This document shows positions 45,721 through 55,499 of a stretch of 64,000 nt of DNA, piece by piece. The translations under genes and the position numbers were made by a program. The stretch spans positions 54,197 through 118,196 of IMG/VR virus record IMGVR_UViG_3300028388_003280; one strand, given 5' to 3'. The number at the start of each line of letters is the position of its first letter. Position 1 is the stretch's first letter. This stretch comes from a virus. Under the pieces are notes generated by a model. It was not told the DNA's origin and searched no databases. It was given only the letters and a program-made list of their open reading frames with translations.

Positions 45721-47760
45721 ATGGAAATTCTAGCCAGCTTCGTACCTAGTTCGACAATTGGCAATGCGCCCTTCGAGGTGTCGTTTACCAATACTTCCTC
45801 TGGCCCATATGTCCGCGTTGAATGGGACTTCGGCGACGGCTCGTCTTCGACTGAGATCAACCCTGTTAAGGTGTTCACGGAGGACGGCAACTATGTTGTC
45901 ACTCTGCGCATCTATAAGGCTGACGGATCAGTTGCTACTTCATCCGCGCCAATCACGGTCTTGGCCGAGACTGCAGACACAACCGAGGATAGTGAATCTC
46001 AGCAAGCGTTGTTCGTTACAAAGCGATTCCTACCTGGTCAGGTTGCCATCAAGCGTGTAACCACCTCAAGCTCATCATTCGAGTCGGATGCATCTCACGT
46101 ACCAGATGATGCGCCAAACGATAACCTGTCTCCAGATGCACAGCCAGTTTTACTCAATGGTAATACGATCACCGGTGGAAGAACGTTTGAGTATGCTACG
46201 TCTGCAGCTGTAGATTCATTGCTCACTAATGCAACGGACCTCACTTTGGCTGTTATCATGTGTGAGACGGGCCGCACGCCCGGCTCAGTAATTGGGTGGG
46301 ACCAGGCCTTCCCAGGAGACGGAACATCGGTACCAGTTTTGTTCTACAAGGTTGTGTCGAGTGACACGGTAAATGAAACGATCACTGTCGACCGTGAAAT
46401 ATTCAATACTTCGAATCAAGCTGGCTCCAACGTGGGCGCATATCTGCTTGGCGTCTGTGGAGACACACGGAGCTATTCAACAGAAACAACCACGATTTCA
46501 GATGATAAGTTTGGCCTAATTGGTACCTCTGGTGTTGATTCTGCGGAGCGCCTATTCTTTGACGGCTATGACTACAACACCTTGACGGCATCTCGCAAGA
46601 CTCGTGGTTTCGCGTCGTATGTCGGATTCACTGGTGGGTCCGGTGCCACGTACGCGATCATCCACCCCGATTTCTCCGGAGCCGGTGTCGTTAATCGCTG
46701 GTATCCGGGCAACACGCTGCTACGCCTGCCGTGGGTGCTGTGGCATGAGAATACATCGCCCGGCCTAGACCTATATGATTCTGCAGATACAACACAGCGT
46801 GACCCGGAAACGGGCTTGCGCTATCGTTATCTCCGAGACGGTGTGACAACAAATGACACAATCGTCGGTCAGGTTTTCTACGATAAGCAGATCGCACTTA
46901 TCACAGATCCAGAACTTGCTGCGGCACTCATGATGATTAACGACCGTTCATGGACGCTGCCTCCTTCTTCTGTGAAGTTTGTTCCGGCAAGCGGTGGTTG
47001 GGTGTCTGGTGCATCTGATGTTTCGTGGTACATCACCTACCGTGTGGTCGAACGTGATCCGTCGGATGGCTCATGGCCAACTACTGAGCTCGGCGGTTCT
47101 TATCTTGGATACGGCGAAGCTCTTGCCGGTCTCCCTTGCCAATACATTCAGCGTGTTGATGTCCCAGCCGACAGCGTTGGAAACTTCAGCGTATCGATTC
47201 CTAAGCTGCTTCAGGCAACTGGTGGAACAAACTGTGTCGCGAATGACGTTGACGGATTCGTTGCATCGTGGGTTGAGCTCTATATGGCAACCGGTGCGAC
47301 AAACGCGTCAGGTCCAGATGTAACCAGTTGGCGTGTGATGACCGGTGTGCCAGCCGAAGCGGCTTGGACTGGAAACTTCTTGAACACATCAACAATCATC
47401 GTTGATGACTCAAGCTCGTTTAGGTATGATCTAAGTGGTGAGACCTATTCGTGGGCTGGAACAAACCTGTCTGGATCTTCTGATCTACAAATTGGTAGCG
47501 AGCCACTCTTGTTTGGATATATGAGCGGCAACTACGCAACTGACATTTACAAGACATCGGCTGTCTGTGTCGCCAAGAACAACGAATTCAACAACACCCA
47601 GAACATCACGTTTGATGAGGGCAGCAACGAGTATGTATACATAACAGAGGTTGGTCTGTACAATGAGTCCAACGAACTGTTGATGGTGGGTAAGCTATCC
47701 CGCCCAATCAAGAAGAACAGCACGAAGTTCGTGACTGTCAAGCTCGAACTAGACCTGTAA
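45721..47760 (+). CDS. PKD-domain baseplate/tail-collar protein (paralog Y1)
   Basis: VSFTNTS..WDFGDG..NP...GNYVVTL (PKD); YITEVGLYNESNELLMVGKLSRPIKK. Confidence 0.72.
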   Translation: MEILASFVPSSTIGNAPFEVSFTNTSSGPYVRVEWDFGDGSSSTEINPVKVFTEDGNYVVTLRIYKADGSVATSSAPITVLAETADTTEDSESQQALFVTKRFLPGQVAIKRVTTSSSSFESDASHVPDDAPNDNLSPDAQPVLLNGNTITGGRTFEYATSAAVDSLLTNATDLTLAVIMCETGRTPGSVIGWDQAFPGDGTSVPVLFYKVVSSDTVNETITVDREIFNTSNQAGSNVGAYLLGVCGDTRSYSTETTTISDDKFGLIGTSGVDSAERLFFDGYDYNTLTASRKTRGFASYVGFTGGSGATYAIIHPDFSGAGVVNRWYPGNTLLRLPWVLWHENTSPGLDLYDSADTTQRDPETGLRYRYLRDGVTTNDTIVGQVFYDKQIALITDPELAAALMMINDRSWTLPPSSVKFVPASGGWVSGASDVSWYITYRVVERDPSDGSWPTTELGGSYLGYGEALAGLPCQYIQRVDVPADSVGNFSVSIPKLLQATGGTNCVANDVDGFVASWVELYMATGATNASGPDVTSWRVMTGVPAEAAWTGNFLNTSTIIVDDSSSFRYDLSGETYSWAGTNLSGSSDLQIGSEPLLFGYMSGNYATDIYKTSAVCVAKNNEFNNTQNITFDEGSNEYVYITEVGLYNESNELLMVGKLSRPIKKNSTKFVTVKLELDL

Positions 47761-47769
47761 GGAGAACAC

Positions 47770-48447
47770 ATGTCGTTCGTAGATAGTGCAAGCACCGTAA
47801 CCGTTCAGGCGTTCCTCACGACCAATGGTCGTGCGAAGCTCCTTGCTGGTATTCAAGGTGACATTGATTCGTTCATCACCAAGTTCGCGCTGGGCGATTC
47901 GGACTGCAACTACGCAGCTATTGATGCAGGATACGGTGCCCTGCCTAGTGGCTTCGTTCCGTCGCCAGGCGAGAAGCTTTCACGCATTCGATCATACGTC
48001 TTGGCTGCTGGCCAATTCCGTCCGGGCAACCCCGGGATTCTTGTTGATGGTAAGCATGCGTCGACTGAAGGCCACTATGTACAATTCCAGGCAAGTGAAT
48101 CTGCCGGCCGTGAACAGCGTTGGAAGGTCGAAACACAATGGCCTCGAGGTGCTGGTTACGATGAAGGATATGATGCGGAGTCATCACTGGTCGACACCCT
48201 TGGCCCAAATGTGCCTGGGTTCCAAGCTGGATTTTATCGTAGCGTTTTTCTGTCCAACTTCGACTGGTCGTTTGATGAAGCAACTTCTGAGCTTGTCTTT
48301 TCACAGACTGGAGACCTCGCCTCGTCGTGGCTTGATCGCTTCGTAGGCCCAGGTACTGGTGCCAACACTGGCTGGTCAGTAGAGTTCAGGCTTGAAGGCT
48401 CAGATACGGGTGCAGTCACCCGAGTCGTGATCGATTTGGTCCGATAG
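47770..48447 (+). CDS. Baseplate/tail-fibre attachment protein (paralog X2)
   Basis: FLTTNGRAKL...ITKFALGDSDCNY. Confidence 0.65.
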   Translation: MSFVDSASTVTVQAFLTTNGRAKLLAGIQGDIDSFITKFALGDSDCNYAAIDAGYGALPSGFVPSPGEKLSRIRSYVLAAGQFRPGNPGILVDGKHASTEGHYVQFQASESAGREQRWKVETQWPRGAGYDEGYDAESSLVDTLGPNVPGFQAGFYRSVFLSNFDWSFDEATSELVFSQTGDLASSWLDRFVGPGTGANTGWSVEFRLEGSDTGAVTRVVIDLVR

Positions 48448-48456
48448 GAGTAGACA

Positions 48457-49650
48457 ATGAGTGACATTAGAAAGTTCAAGGTGCTAGCAACCGAGGATCG
48501 CTTCGTCGGACTGGATACAGATTACAGCTCAGCACTGTATGCGTATGGAGACGGGTCTGGCACTGAAGATCAGGGTCTCACCTGGTACATGGTCGATCGT
48601 GATGTGTCGCGGTGGAATACGGATGACCTGAAGCACCTCTTCATGTCATTTGGTCTCTCGCGCGAACGTGATCTTGACGAGAATGAGATCAACGACCTCT
48701 TCGGCGCAATCGACTGGTATGATGCTGACATCATGCTCATCGCAACGATTCCGCAGTCTGGCTGTGGAACATACATTGATGGCAACACGGTCCGCCTTCG
48801 TGTCCCAACTGGAACTACCTCTGGCGACTACGTGGAGTTCTTCGGCACATCGTTTGCTGGTGAGTATGACGAGCGCACCACATATGAAGTTGCCCGGCCC
48901 TATGACTATAGCGTCTACGGCGGCGTTTCTTCATATCTCATGCCGGACAGCACTGGTCCAAACAGTATTGGCAAGGGCTCACGCCCAACTGAAATGCCAT
49001 ACACTGGCACGATCAATGAGGTCGTTCATCCAAATGCTGGTCTAAGCAGTTGGACTGGTGCAAACGTTGATGGCAAGGTGTTCTTCCCACACCTCAGGGC
49101 AACACACTTCACACGCAATCCTGATGAGGGCAACGGTGATGTTGTTTACGGTATCTGCTTCTTGGAAAAGGGCATCTTCGTGCTCTTCGATGACAGGTAT
49201 GCAGTGCGAGACAGCCGCGGCTTCTTGACCAACAACGTCGTCTCAAGCGGCATTTGGGCTGCTTCGTCGGCTAGCTTTGCCGCACGCACAGTTTCTGGTG
49301 GCACCAATGAGCAGAGCAACACCGACAATCGTCGAGCAGTGATCTTCACCGGTTCAGCAGCTGAAGAGAATGCACGCCTGTTCTATCGCACCGTGACGGA
49401 GTCGTACAAGTTCGTCTACTTCTGCCACGCCGGCCAGAATGAGTTTAACACGACTGCGAACCACACGTACGACCAGCGCAAGGCACTTTTCCGTCCAGAT
49501 GAAGCTGATGATATTTACATCACAGAGGTCGCACTAGTTGACGACAACAACGTGGTCATGGCGTATGGTAAGCTTAGCGAGCCAGTTGTCAAGAACACAC
49601 TCGAGACACTGACCCTTAAGGTCGAAATCAACATTGGAGCTGAACAATGA
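48457..49650 (+). CDS. Baseplate/tail-collar protein (paralog Y2)
   Basis: NEFNTTANHT...YITEVALVDDNNVVMAYGKLSEPVVK. Confidence 0.68.
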   Translation: MSDIRKFKVLATEDRFVGLDTDYSSALYAYGDGSGTEDQGLTWYMVDRDVSRWNTDDLKHLFMSFGLSRERDLDENEINDLFGAIDWYDADIMLIATIPQSGCGTYIDGNTVRLRVPTGTTSGDYVEFFGTSFAGEYDERTTYEVARPYDYSVYGGVSSYLMPDSTGPNSIGKGSRPTEMPYTGTINEVVHPNAGLSSWTGANVDGKVFFPHLRATHFTRNPDEGNGDVVYGICFLEKGIFVLFDDRYAVRDSRGFLTNNVVSSGIWAASSASFAARTVSGGTNEQSNTDNRRAVIFTGSAAEENARLFYRTVTESYKFVYFCHAGQNEFNTTANHTYDQRKALFRPDEADDIYITEVALVDDNNVVMAYGKLSEPVVKNTLETLTLKVEINIGAEQ

Positions 49651-49940
49651 GAAAGTCCGAACTGCGCCAGATGATCCGTGAAGAGGTCCAGCGAGTCCTT
49701 ACGGAAGCTGGCCCCTCTGTGGAGACAGCTCAGTATGTTGCATCGCATGGTAGGGAACCCAGAGGCACCGGCAACTGGGCATTCCAGTTCCGTAAGACAA
49801 GAAATGACAGAGACGGTCAGATGTATTGGCCAACCCGAGAAGGAAGTGGTGGTCCACTACCACTTAAGAAGGCTTTGGCCATGGCAAAAAAGGAAGCCAA
49901 GGCCCTCGGCGACATCGCATTCATTTACATCATGCCGTAA
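49647..49940 (+). CDS. Putative head-packaged protein
   Basis: MRKSELRQMIREEVQRVLTEA leader; SHGREPRGTGNWAF domain. Confidence 0.65.
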   Translation: MRKSELRQMIREEVQRVLTEAGPSVETAQYVASHGREPRGTGNWAFQFRKTRNDRDGQMYWPTREGSGGPLPLKKALAMAKKEAKALGDIAFIYIMP

Positions 49941-49943
49941 CGG

Positions 49944-49972
49944 TTTGCAACCGGTTCTGTACACAGTACGAT
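49944..49972 (+). promoter_or_regulatory. Early/middle-class promoter for the replication-recombination operon
   Basis: TTTGCA-N17-TACGAT. Confidence 0.5.
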
Positions 49973-49995
49973 GACTTCACCAATGAAGGGTTGTT

Positions 49996-50538
49996 ATGAT
50001 TCTAGCACTAGACGTTTCTACAAGTGTCATAGGCATCTGCCTGCTTGACCCAACCTCAGGAGAGCGATTGAAGTCGCTCGAGTTCCTAAATCTGAAGCGC
50101 GAGAAGAACCTTTTCGCCAAGGCTCTGGACTTCAAGGACCACATCAGCAAGTACAAGAACCTGGGTGTCACCGAGATTGCTATCGAGGAGCCCCTAGTCA
50201 TGTATAAGCCTGGTGCCTCACGCGCACAGATCCTATCCAAGCTGTCCATGTTCAACGGCATGATCGCCGTGATCTGTTTCATGGTGTTTGGTGTGGAGCC
50301 CGTGTACTACAACGTCAACCATGCCCGCAAGCTTGCGTTCCCCGACCTCAAATTCCAGAAGGGTGAGGATCGTAAGATGACTGTGTGGGCTCAGGTTGCC
50401 GAAGCCTTCCCGGGAGTTGAATGGCTATATGGCCCCAGAAGTGGCAAATTAGTCAAGACCAACTTCGACATGGCAGATGCCGCCGTCATAGCGCTAGCTC
50501 ACGAAGCCCATACACTTGCTAACCCCAACATTGCGTGA
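49996..50538 (+). CDS. ruvC: RuvC-like Holliday junction resolvase
   Basis: ILALDVSTSVIG, IAIEEP, FDMADAAVIA. Confidence 0.8.
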   Translation: MILALDVSTSVIGICLLDPTSGERLKSLEFLNLKREKNLFAKALDFKDHISKYKNLGVTEIAIEEPLVMYKPGASRAQILSKLSMFNGMIAVICFMVFGVEPVYYNVNHARKLAFPDLKFQKGEDRKMTVWAQVAEAFPGVEWLYGPRSGKLVKTNFDMADAAVIALAHEAHTLANPNIA

Positions 50539-50547
50539 CGGTGAAGC

Positions 50548-51516
50548 GTGATGACATACATTCAGAAGACAGTCGTTGATCTCCTTAGCGAGATGTTCGG
50601 CTTTCCCCGTCGTTTCTCACATGGCCAAGCGGACGTACCGTTCAACTGTCCAAAGTGTGATGCTGGCGGCAACAAGTACAACCTAGAGGTCAACACAGCC
50701 AAGGGCGTGTTCAACTGTTGGGCCTGCGGCTATCGTGGCAAGCTACTTCGGTTGTTTAAGGACTACGCATCCGAACGCCAGTGGGCTATTCTGCGCACCC
50801 TGCCGATCTACAGTGAGGCAGCTGGCGTCATTGAGACAGCCCCCGCCCGTGGCCCCAAGGTTGACGTCACACCAAAGGAGTCACTAGGCTCCTTCAGGTC
50901 GCTCACTGTGCGGTGGGACGACTCAATTCACTACCTGGCGGCTTTGAACTATCTCAAGGACCGCGGCATCAACGAACGACTAATCAAGAAGTGGGACATT
51001 GCCTATGCCGACGAAGGGCCGAACAAGCATCGTGTCATCATTCCGAGCCGCAATGAACAGGGCGAGCTCGAGTATTACGTGGCCCGTGGGTTCTACGACA
51101 GCGTCTTTCCAAAGTACCGCAACCCAAGCATCAGCAAGCAGAGCATCATCTTCGGTGAGAAGTTCATCGACTGGCGAAGCCCTGTCGTCCTCGTTGAAGG
51201 CGTCTTCGACGCCCTCATCGCACTCAATGCTGTACCGATTCTTGGTACTGAGATCCGCAGTCACAAGAAGCTTCTGGCTAAGATTAGAGCTAACCGTACT
51301 CCGGTCACTGTTTGCCTTGACGCAGAAGCTTGGGACAAGAGCAAGGCGGCGTATAAGGTCCTTGATGATCTTGGAGTTGATGTGCGCATCACAAGAGTCC
51401 CAGACCAATACGGAGACCTGAGCTCCGCATACGAGAAGGGTGGAAAGAGCGCGGTTCTTGGCATCCTAGACTCGGCACATAGAATGACATTTGAGGAGTC
51501 ACTGTGGTCCGCATAG
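50548..51516 (+). CDS. dnaG: DNA primase (Zn finger + TOPRIM)
   Basis: CPKC...FNCWACG; KYRNP; LVEGVFDA; CLDAEA. Confidence 0.85.
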   Translation: MMTYIQKTVVDLLSEMFGFPRRFSHGQADVPFNCPKCDAGGNKYNLEVNTAKGVFNCWACGYRGKLLRLFKDYASERQWAILRTLPIYSEAAGVIETAPARGPKVDVTPKESLGSFRSLTVRWDDSIHYLAALNYLKDRGINERLIKKWDIAYADEGPNKHRVIIPSRNEQGELEYYVARGFYDSVFPKYRNPSISKQSIIFGEKFIDWRSPVVLVEGVFDALIALNAVPILGTEIRSHKKLLAKIRANRTPVTVCLDAEAWDKSKAAYKVLDDLGVDVRITRVPDQYGDLSSAYEKGGKSAVLGILDSAHRMTFEESLWSA

Positions 51517-52241
51517 CACATGTCGCAGATGTACATCTAAGACTAAACCAACGACATGACGAATACCGTCAGGTGTTCCGTCGAATGTTCAAGAAGCTGA
51601 AGGAGCAGAAGCCTGATCGAATCGTTATCGCAGGCGATCTGGTCCACTCCAAAATCACCATGTCTCCAGAGCTGATTTCGCTCATGGAGTTCTTTCTTAA
51701 CGGTCTACGCCGGGTCGCACCAGTGGACGTGTTACCTGGTAATCACGACCTCAACATGTCCAACAAGGGGCGTATGGACGCCCTCTCACCGGTAATCAAC
51801 GCAATCAAGAAGCAGAAGGGCAACCTACATGAGATCCACTACTACACCAAGACTGGTCTCTATGAGGTGCCTGGAACCAACATCGTATACGCAGCGTGGT
51901 CTATGATGGACGGCAAAGAGCTGTCTTTTGAGAAGGACCCTGACAAGACATACATCGGCCTATTCCACGGGGCGGTTCGTGGAAGTCGCATGGACAATGA
52001 TTACTACCTCACCGAAGCAGATGCTTCAGAGGACCAGTTCGATCAGTGCGACATCGTGATGTTGGGCGACATTCATGGTCGCCAAGGTTTCGGCGAAGAG
52101 CGTGAGGTTGAGCTCGAGGAGACACTCACCGAAGAGGAGCTGAAGCGATTGAAGGACCAAGACAACGTCGAGATCATCGAGGTTGCAGATTTGGACAATG
52201 AGCAAGACCTACAAGGTGAGGTATCGCAAGACGCTTCCTAA
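51504..52241 (+). CDS. sbcD: SbcD/Mre11 metallophosphoesterase nuclease, N-terminal part
   Basis: HVADVH, IAGDLVH, PGNHD, LFHG, MLGDIH; ends in acidic tail. Confidence 0.85.
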   Translation: MVRIAHVADVHLRLNQRHDEYRQVFRRMFKKLKEQKPDRIVIAGDLVHSKITMSPELISLMEFFLNGLRRVAPVDVLPGNHDLNMSNKGRMDALSPVINAIKKQKGNLHEIHYYTKTGLYEVPGTNIVYAAWSMMDGKELSFEKDPDKTYIGLFHGAVRGSRMDNDYYLTEADASEDQFDQCDIVMLGDIHGRQGFGEEREVELEETLTEEELKRLKDQDNVEIIEVADLDNEQDLQGEVSQDAS

Positions 52242-54819
52242 GCGCATGCAGTACGCTGGATCAACCATCCAGCAGAACTTTGGGGAGACCCTGGACAAGG
52301 GATATCTCCTGTGGGACATCAAGGACCGCGACAACTACGACAGTGAGTTTGTCAAGCTAGAGAATGACTATGGCTTCTACACAATCCAGGCAGATGGTGG
52401 CGAACTACCAGATATTGAGCTACCTCCTAAGTGCCGCGTCAGAGTCATATGGCCGATCGCCGAGCGAGACATCAGCCGTTCCCTGGTCAATGAGCTCACA
52501 CAGATGGTGCACGACAAGTACAAGCCCCTCTCCGTTCGGATTGATTTCAAGCCGGGCAAGTCACGCGGCACCGACCTAGACATCGACACAGTGCTCGACG
52601 TCCGCGAGCTCAATGTGCAGCAAGATCTACTCAGGAAGTGGCTTGTCGCACACGAGCTCCCGGAAGACATGCAGGCCGAGATCGTAGACATCGACAAGGT
52701 GATCTTCGACAAGGCATCTGATCTTGATATGGAGGACTTCCACCAGAGTGTGTGGAAGATCAATAGCATCGAGATCAAGGACTTCATGTCTTACAAAGGA
52801 CCCGAGATTATCGACTTCCGCAAGCTGCGTGGAGTCGTAGGTTTGTTTGGTGACAACCGGTCTGGCAAGAGTGTCATGATCGATGCCATCCTTTATGCCC
52901 TCTTCAACAAGACCACACGCGATGTCAAGAATCACGAGCTCATCAATAAGGTCACCAAGGCTAAGAAGTGTAGCGTTCGACTCAACATCACGATCCGCGG
53001 TGTAGAGTATCAGATCACTCGCGTGACCAAGATGCAGTTCAAGAAGCGCACAGGTGAGTACACGTGGACACGAACCGACCTCGAGCTCAAGCGGGTTCAC
53101 GAGGATGGCACTGTTGAGGACCTCACAGAGACTCAACGCAACGAGACCGAGAAGATCATCCGTAACGCCATTGGCTCGTATGATGATTTCCTCACAACGA
53201 CGCTAACCACACAGTCCAGCCAGCACGAGTTCATCTTCCAGAATCCGTCAGTTCGTGCAGCAAATATGGCTCGCTTCCTTGGCCTCGAGATCTTCAACAA
53301 GAAGCACGATCTCGCGAAGGAAGTTCTTCGTGAGGTTGATAGCGCCCGTAAGGTGCAGGACCTCGACGCGAAGACTCGACTGCTTACAAAGACTCGCGAA
53401 AAGGCTGAGCAGGCTAAAAAAATGGTAAGTGAGAAGCGCAAGCTATCTCGCGACCTGGGTACGCAACTGCGCAAACGCAACGATTTGCTCGAGACCCTCC
53501 GCAGTTCAATCAATTCCGCAATCACGATCGACAAGACCCGCGAGGAGCTTGAGGATCAGATGGCCGATGTGTCAAACGATCTAGATCAGCTCGCTGAGAT
53601 GAAGCATCAGGAGACTGCGTCACAACTCGACTATCTTGCCCGCGCCAAGAAGGCCGAGGCAATGCTGAAGGACGAGACTGAGGAAATGGTCAAGCTTGCC
53701 GATCAGTTGCCAGAGCTGATGGATGCCGACATGCGCGTCGCTAACCGCATGACGACCTTGCGTGCCCTCAAGAAGAGCTTGAACGAGGAGCTGTCCAGTA
53801 ATCCGTCATGTCCAGTCGGTGAGAACGATGTAACAGCCGGCTGCGTGTTCCTGAAGCAGGCCCAGACCAAGCGCCAGCATCTTGCTGAATACACTGAAGA
53901 GTTGGACGAGCTAGCTGAGAAGGGGGCAAAGCTCTCTCGCAAGATCGAACGCGCACAGAAGGCTGCTCAGCGTCTTGCCGACAATTCTCAGGTTCGCAGC
54001 GCAGTTCAGAAGCTTACACATCAGGCCGAAGAGTGCCGAACCCAGGCCGTTGCGATCGACAGCAAGATTGAGCTAAAGGAAATGGCTCTAGCCATGCTGG
54101 AGGACAAGGTTGAGATCATCGCCAAGAACGAGGAGATCGTCAAGTCCAACAGAGCGCTGACTGAGCAAATTGACGAGACCAAGAGTCAGATCAGGAAGCT
54201 GCAGGATCAGCGCGATCGTGTCAACGACGAGGTTACAGAGGCATCTTCGGACCTTGCGGTGGCTACGGCTCGGATTGAAGAGCTTGAGGCTCTAGTAGCT
54301 GAGATTGCAACCAATGATCGAAAGTACGAGCTCTACAATTGGTATGTCAAGGCGATGCATCGGAACGGCATTCCCATTACGGTTCTCCGCAAGTACGTGC
54401 CTGTCATCAACTATGAGCTAAACAAGATTCTGTCGCCCATCGTCGGCTTCGGCGTCTACTTCAAGATCGAAGATGGGAATGACAACATCGAGATTGTCAT
54501 GCGATATGATGACAAAGTTGACGACACCCGCTCTATCACCATGGCGTCTGGCATGGAGAAGTTCATCGCCAACATGGCTATCCGTCACGTGCTGCTCAAG
54601 ATCAGCACGCTGAACAAGCCTACACTGCGCATCATCGATGAGGGTTTCGATGTACTGGACAACGACAATGTCTATCTAGTTCAGAAGTTCTTCGACAATG
54701 TTAAGGGCGAGTTCGACAACATCGTGCTCATCACGCACATCGACGCCCTGAAGGACTGTGCCGACCACGTTGTCACGGTTTCACAGGTGAATGGTGTGTC
54801 TAAGCTGCGGCTGAATTGA
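52198..54819 (+). CDS. sbcC: SbcD C-terminal part fused to SbcC/Rad50 ATPase
   Basis: YAGSTIQQNFGE; Walker A GDNRSGKS; coiled coil with CPVG...C hook-like region; ASGMEK signature; IIDEGF Walker B; ITH. Confidence 0.85.
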   Translation: MSKTYKVRYRKTLPKRMQYAGSTIQQNFGETLDKGYLLWDIKDRDNYDSEFVKLENDYGFYTIQADGGELPDIELPPKCRVRVIWPIAERDISRSLVNELTQMVHDKYKPLSVRIDFKPGKSRGTDLDIDTVLDVRELNVQQDLLRKWLVAHELPEDMQAEIVDIDKVIFDKASDLDMEDFHQSVWKINSIEIKDFMSYKGPEIIDFRKLRGVVGLFGDNRSGKSVMIDAILYALFNKTTRDVKNHELINKVTKAKKCSVRLNITIRGVEYQITRVTKMQFKKRTGEYTWTRTDLELKRVHEDGTVEDLTETQRNETEKIIRNAIGSYDDFLTTTLTTQSSQHEFIFQNPSVRAANMARFLGLEIFNKKHDLAKEVLREVDSARKVQDLDAKTRLLTKTREKAEQAKKMVSEKRKLSRDLGTQLRKRNDLLETLRSSINSAITIDKTREELEDQMADVSNDLDQLAEMKHQETASQLDYLARAKKAEAMLKDETEEMVKLADQLPELMDADMRVANRMTTLRALKKSLNEELSSNPSCPVGENDVTAGCVFLKQAQTKRQHLAEYTEELDELAEKGAKLSRKIERAQKAAQRLADNSQVRSAVQKLTHQAEECRTQAVAIDSKIELKEMALAMLEDKVEIIAKNEEIVKSNRALTEQIDETKSQIRKLQDQRDRVNDEVTEASSDLAVATARIEELEALVAEIATNDRKYELYNWYVKAMHRNGIPITVLRKYVPVINYELNKILSPIVGFGVYFKIEDGNDNIEIVMRYDDKVDDTRSITMASGMEKFIANMAIRHVLLKISTLNKPTLRIIDEGFDVLDNDNVYLVQKFFDNVKGEFDNIVLITHIDALKDCADHVVTVSQVNGVSKLRLN

Positions 54820-54831
54820 TGGCTGCCCCGG

Positions 54832-54837
54832 TATTTA
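54832..54837 (+). promoter_or_regulatory. Late-class promoter TATTTA
   Basis: GTATTTATA before tail-fibre operon. Confidence 0.6.
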
Positions 54838-54863
54838 TACCCGAAGCCTAGCGGGATGGTGAC

Positions 54864-55499
54864 ATGGTTTACAAGACCAAGCCGTTGGACCTCAGGCCGT
54901 TTGGCGTTTTTGACGTCACCAGGGCGGTTCTGACAGCCGATGCAGATGATGGATGCAAGTATAGGGTAAGCTTTGACGCCGGCCGAACATGGCGTGTCGT
55001 CGAGCTCAATGTTCCGTTCGATGCTGCGGCAACGGATTCACGCATCGTTGTCGAGATTAAGTTCCCGACCAAAGAGTCCGATGGTATTTATACATTGAAC
55101 GCCACCGGCATCTTCCCACTAAACGTTGGCACGACGGTGTATTTCACCGATGGAACCGAGACATTCTCGACAGTTGTTGGCCCACAAGGCCGCTACAACA
55201 TCACCCTGCCAGCCGGTATCTACCAGGTCTACTATAATCAAGCCGGTTCGCGAACTGTCCTCCTTGATGACTACAATCCCGAGGCGTTCGTTTACCGCCA
55301 GCCAGATGACCTCGACAAGGAGAACACCATCCAAATGTTTCTATCGCACATGGATTGGGCAGACTATTCAGTGTATGATACATTCAAGGATGGCTCCAAG
55401 ATCGACCCTGGCTCAACTGCACACATTGACATCATGCAGAATCTAACTGCAACTGGTTCAGATGCTGTGGTTCGCTACTGGGCCCTAGCCTTCAAGTAA
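54864..55499 (+). CDS. Putative tail structural protein
   Basis: VSFDAGRTW; GRYNITLPAGIYQV; upstream of fibre. Confidence 0.6.
   Translation: MVYKTKPLDLRPFGVFDVTRAVLTADADDGCKYRVSFDAGRTWRVVELNVPFDAAATDSRIVVEIKFPTKESDGIYTLNATGIFPLNVGTTVYFTDGTETFSTVVGPQGRYNITLPAGIYQVYYNQAGSRTVLLDDYNPEAFVYRQPDDLDKENTIQMFLSHMDWADYSVYDTFKDGSKIDPGSTAHIDIMQNLTATGSDAVVRYWALAFK

Noticed and set aside
52080-52250. Split intein or group I intron in sbcD
   Set aside because: No N-terminal Cys/Ser block, no His-Asn terminus, and no room for an intron core
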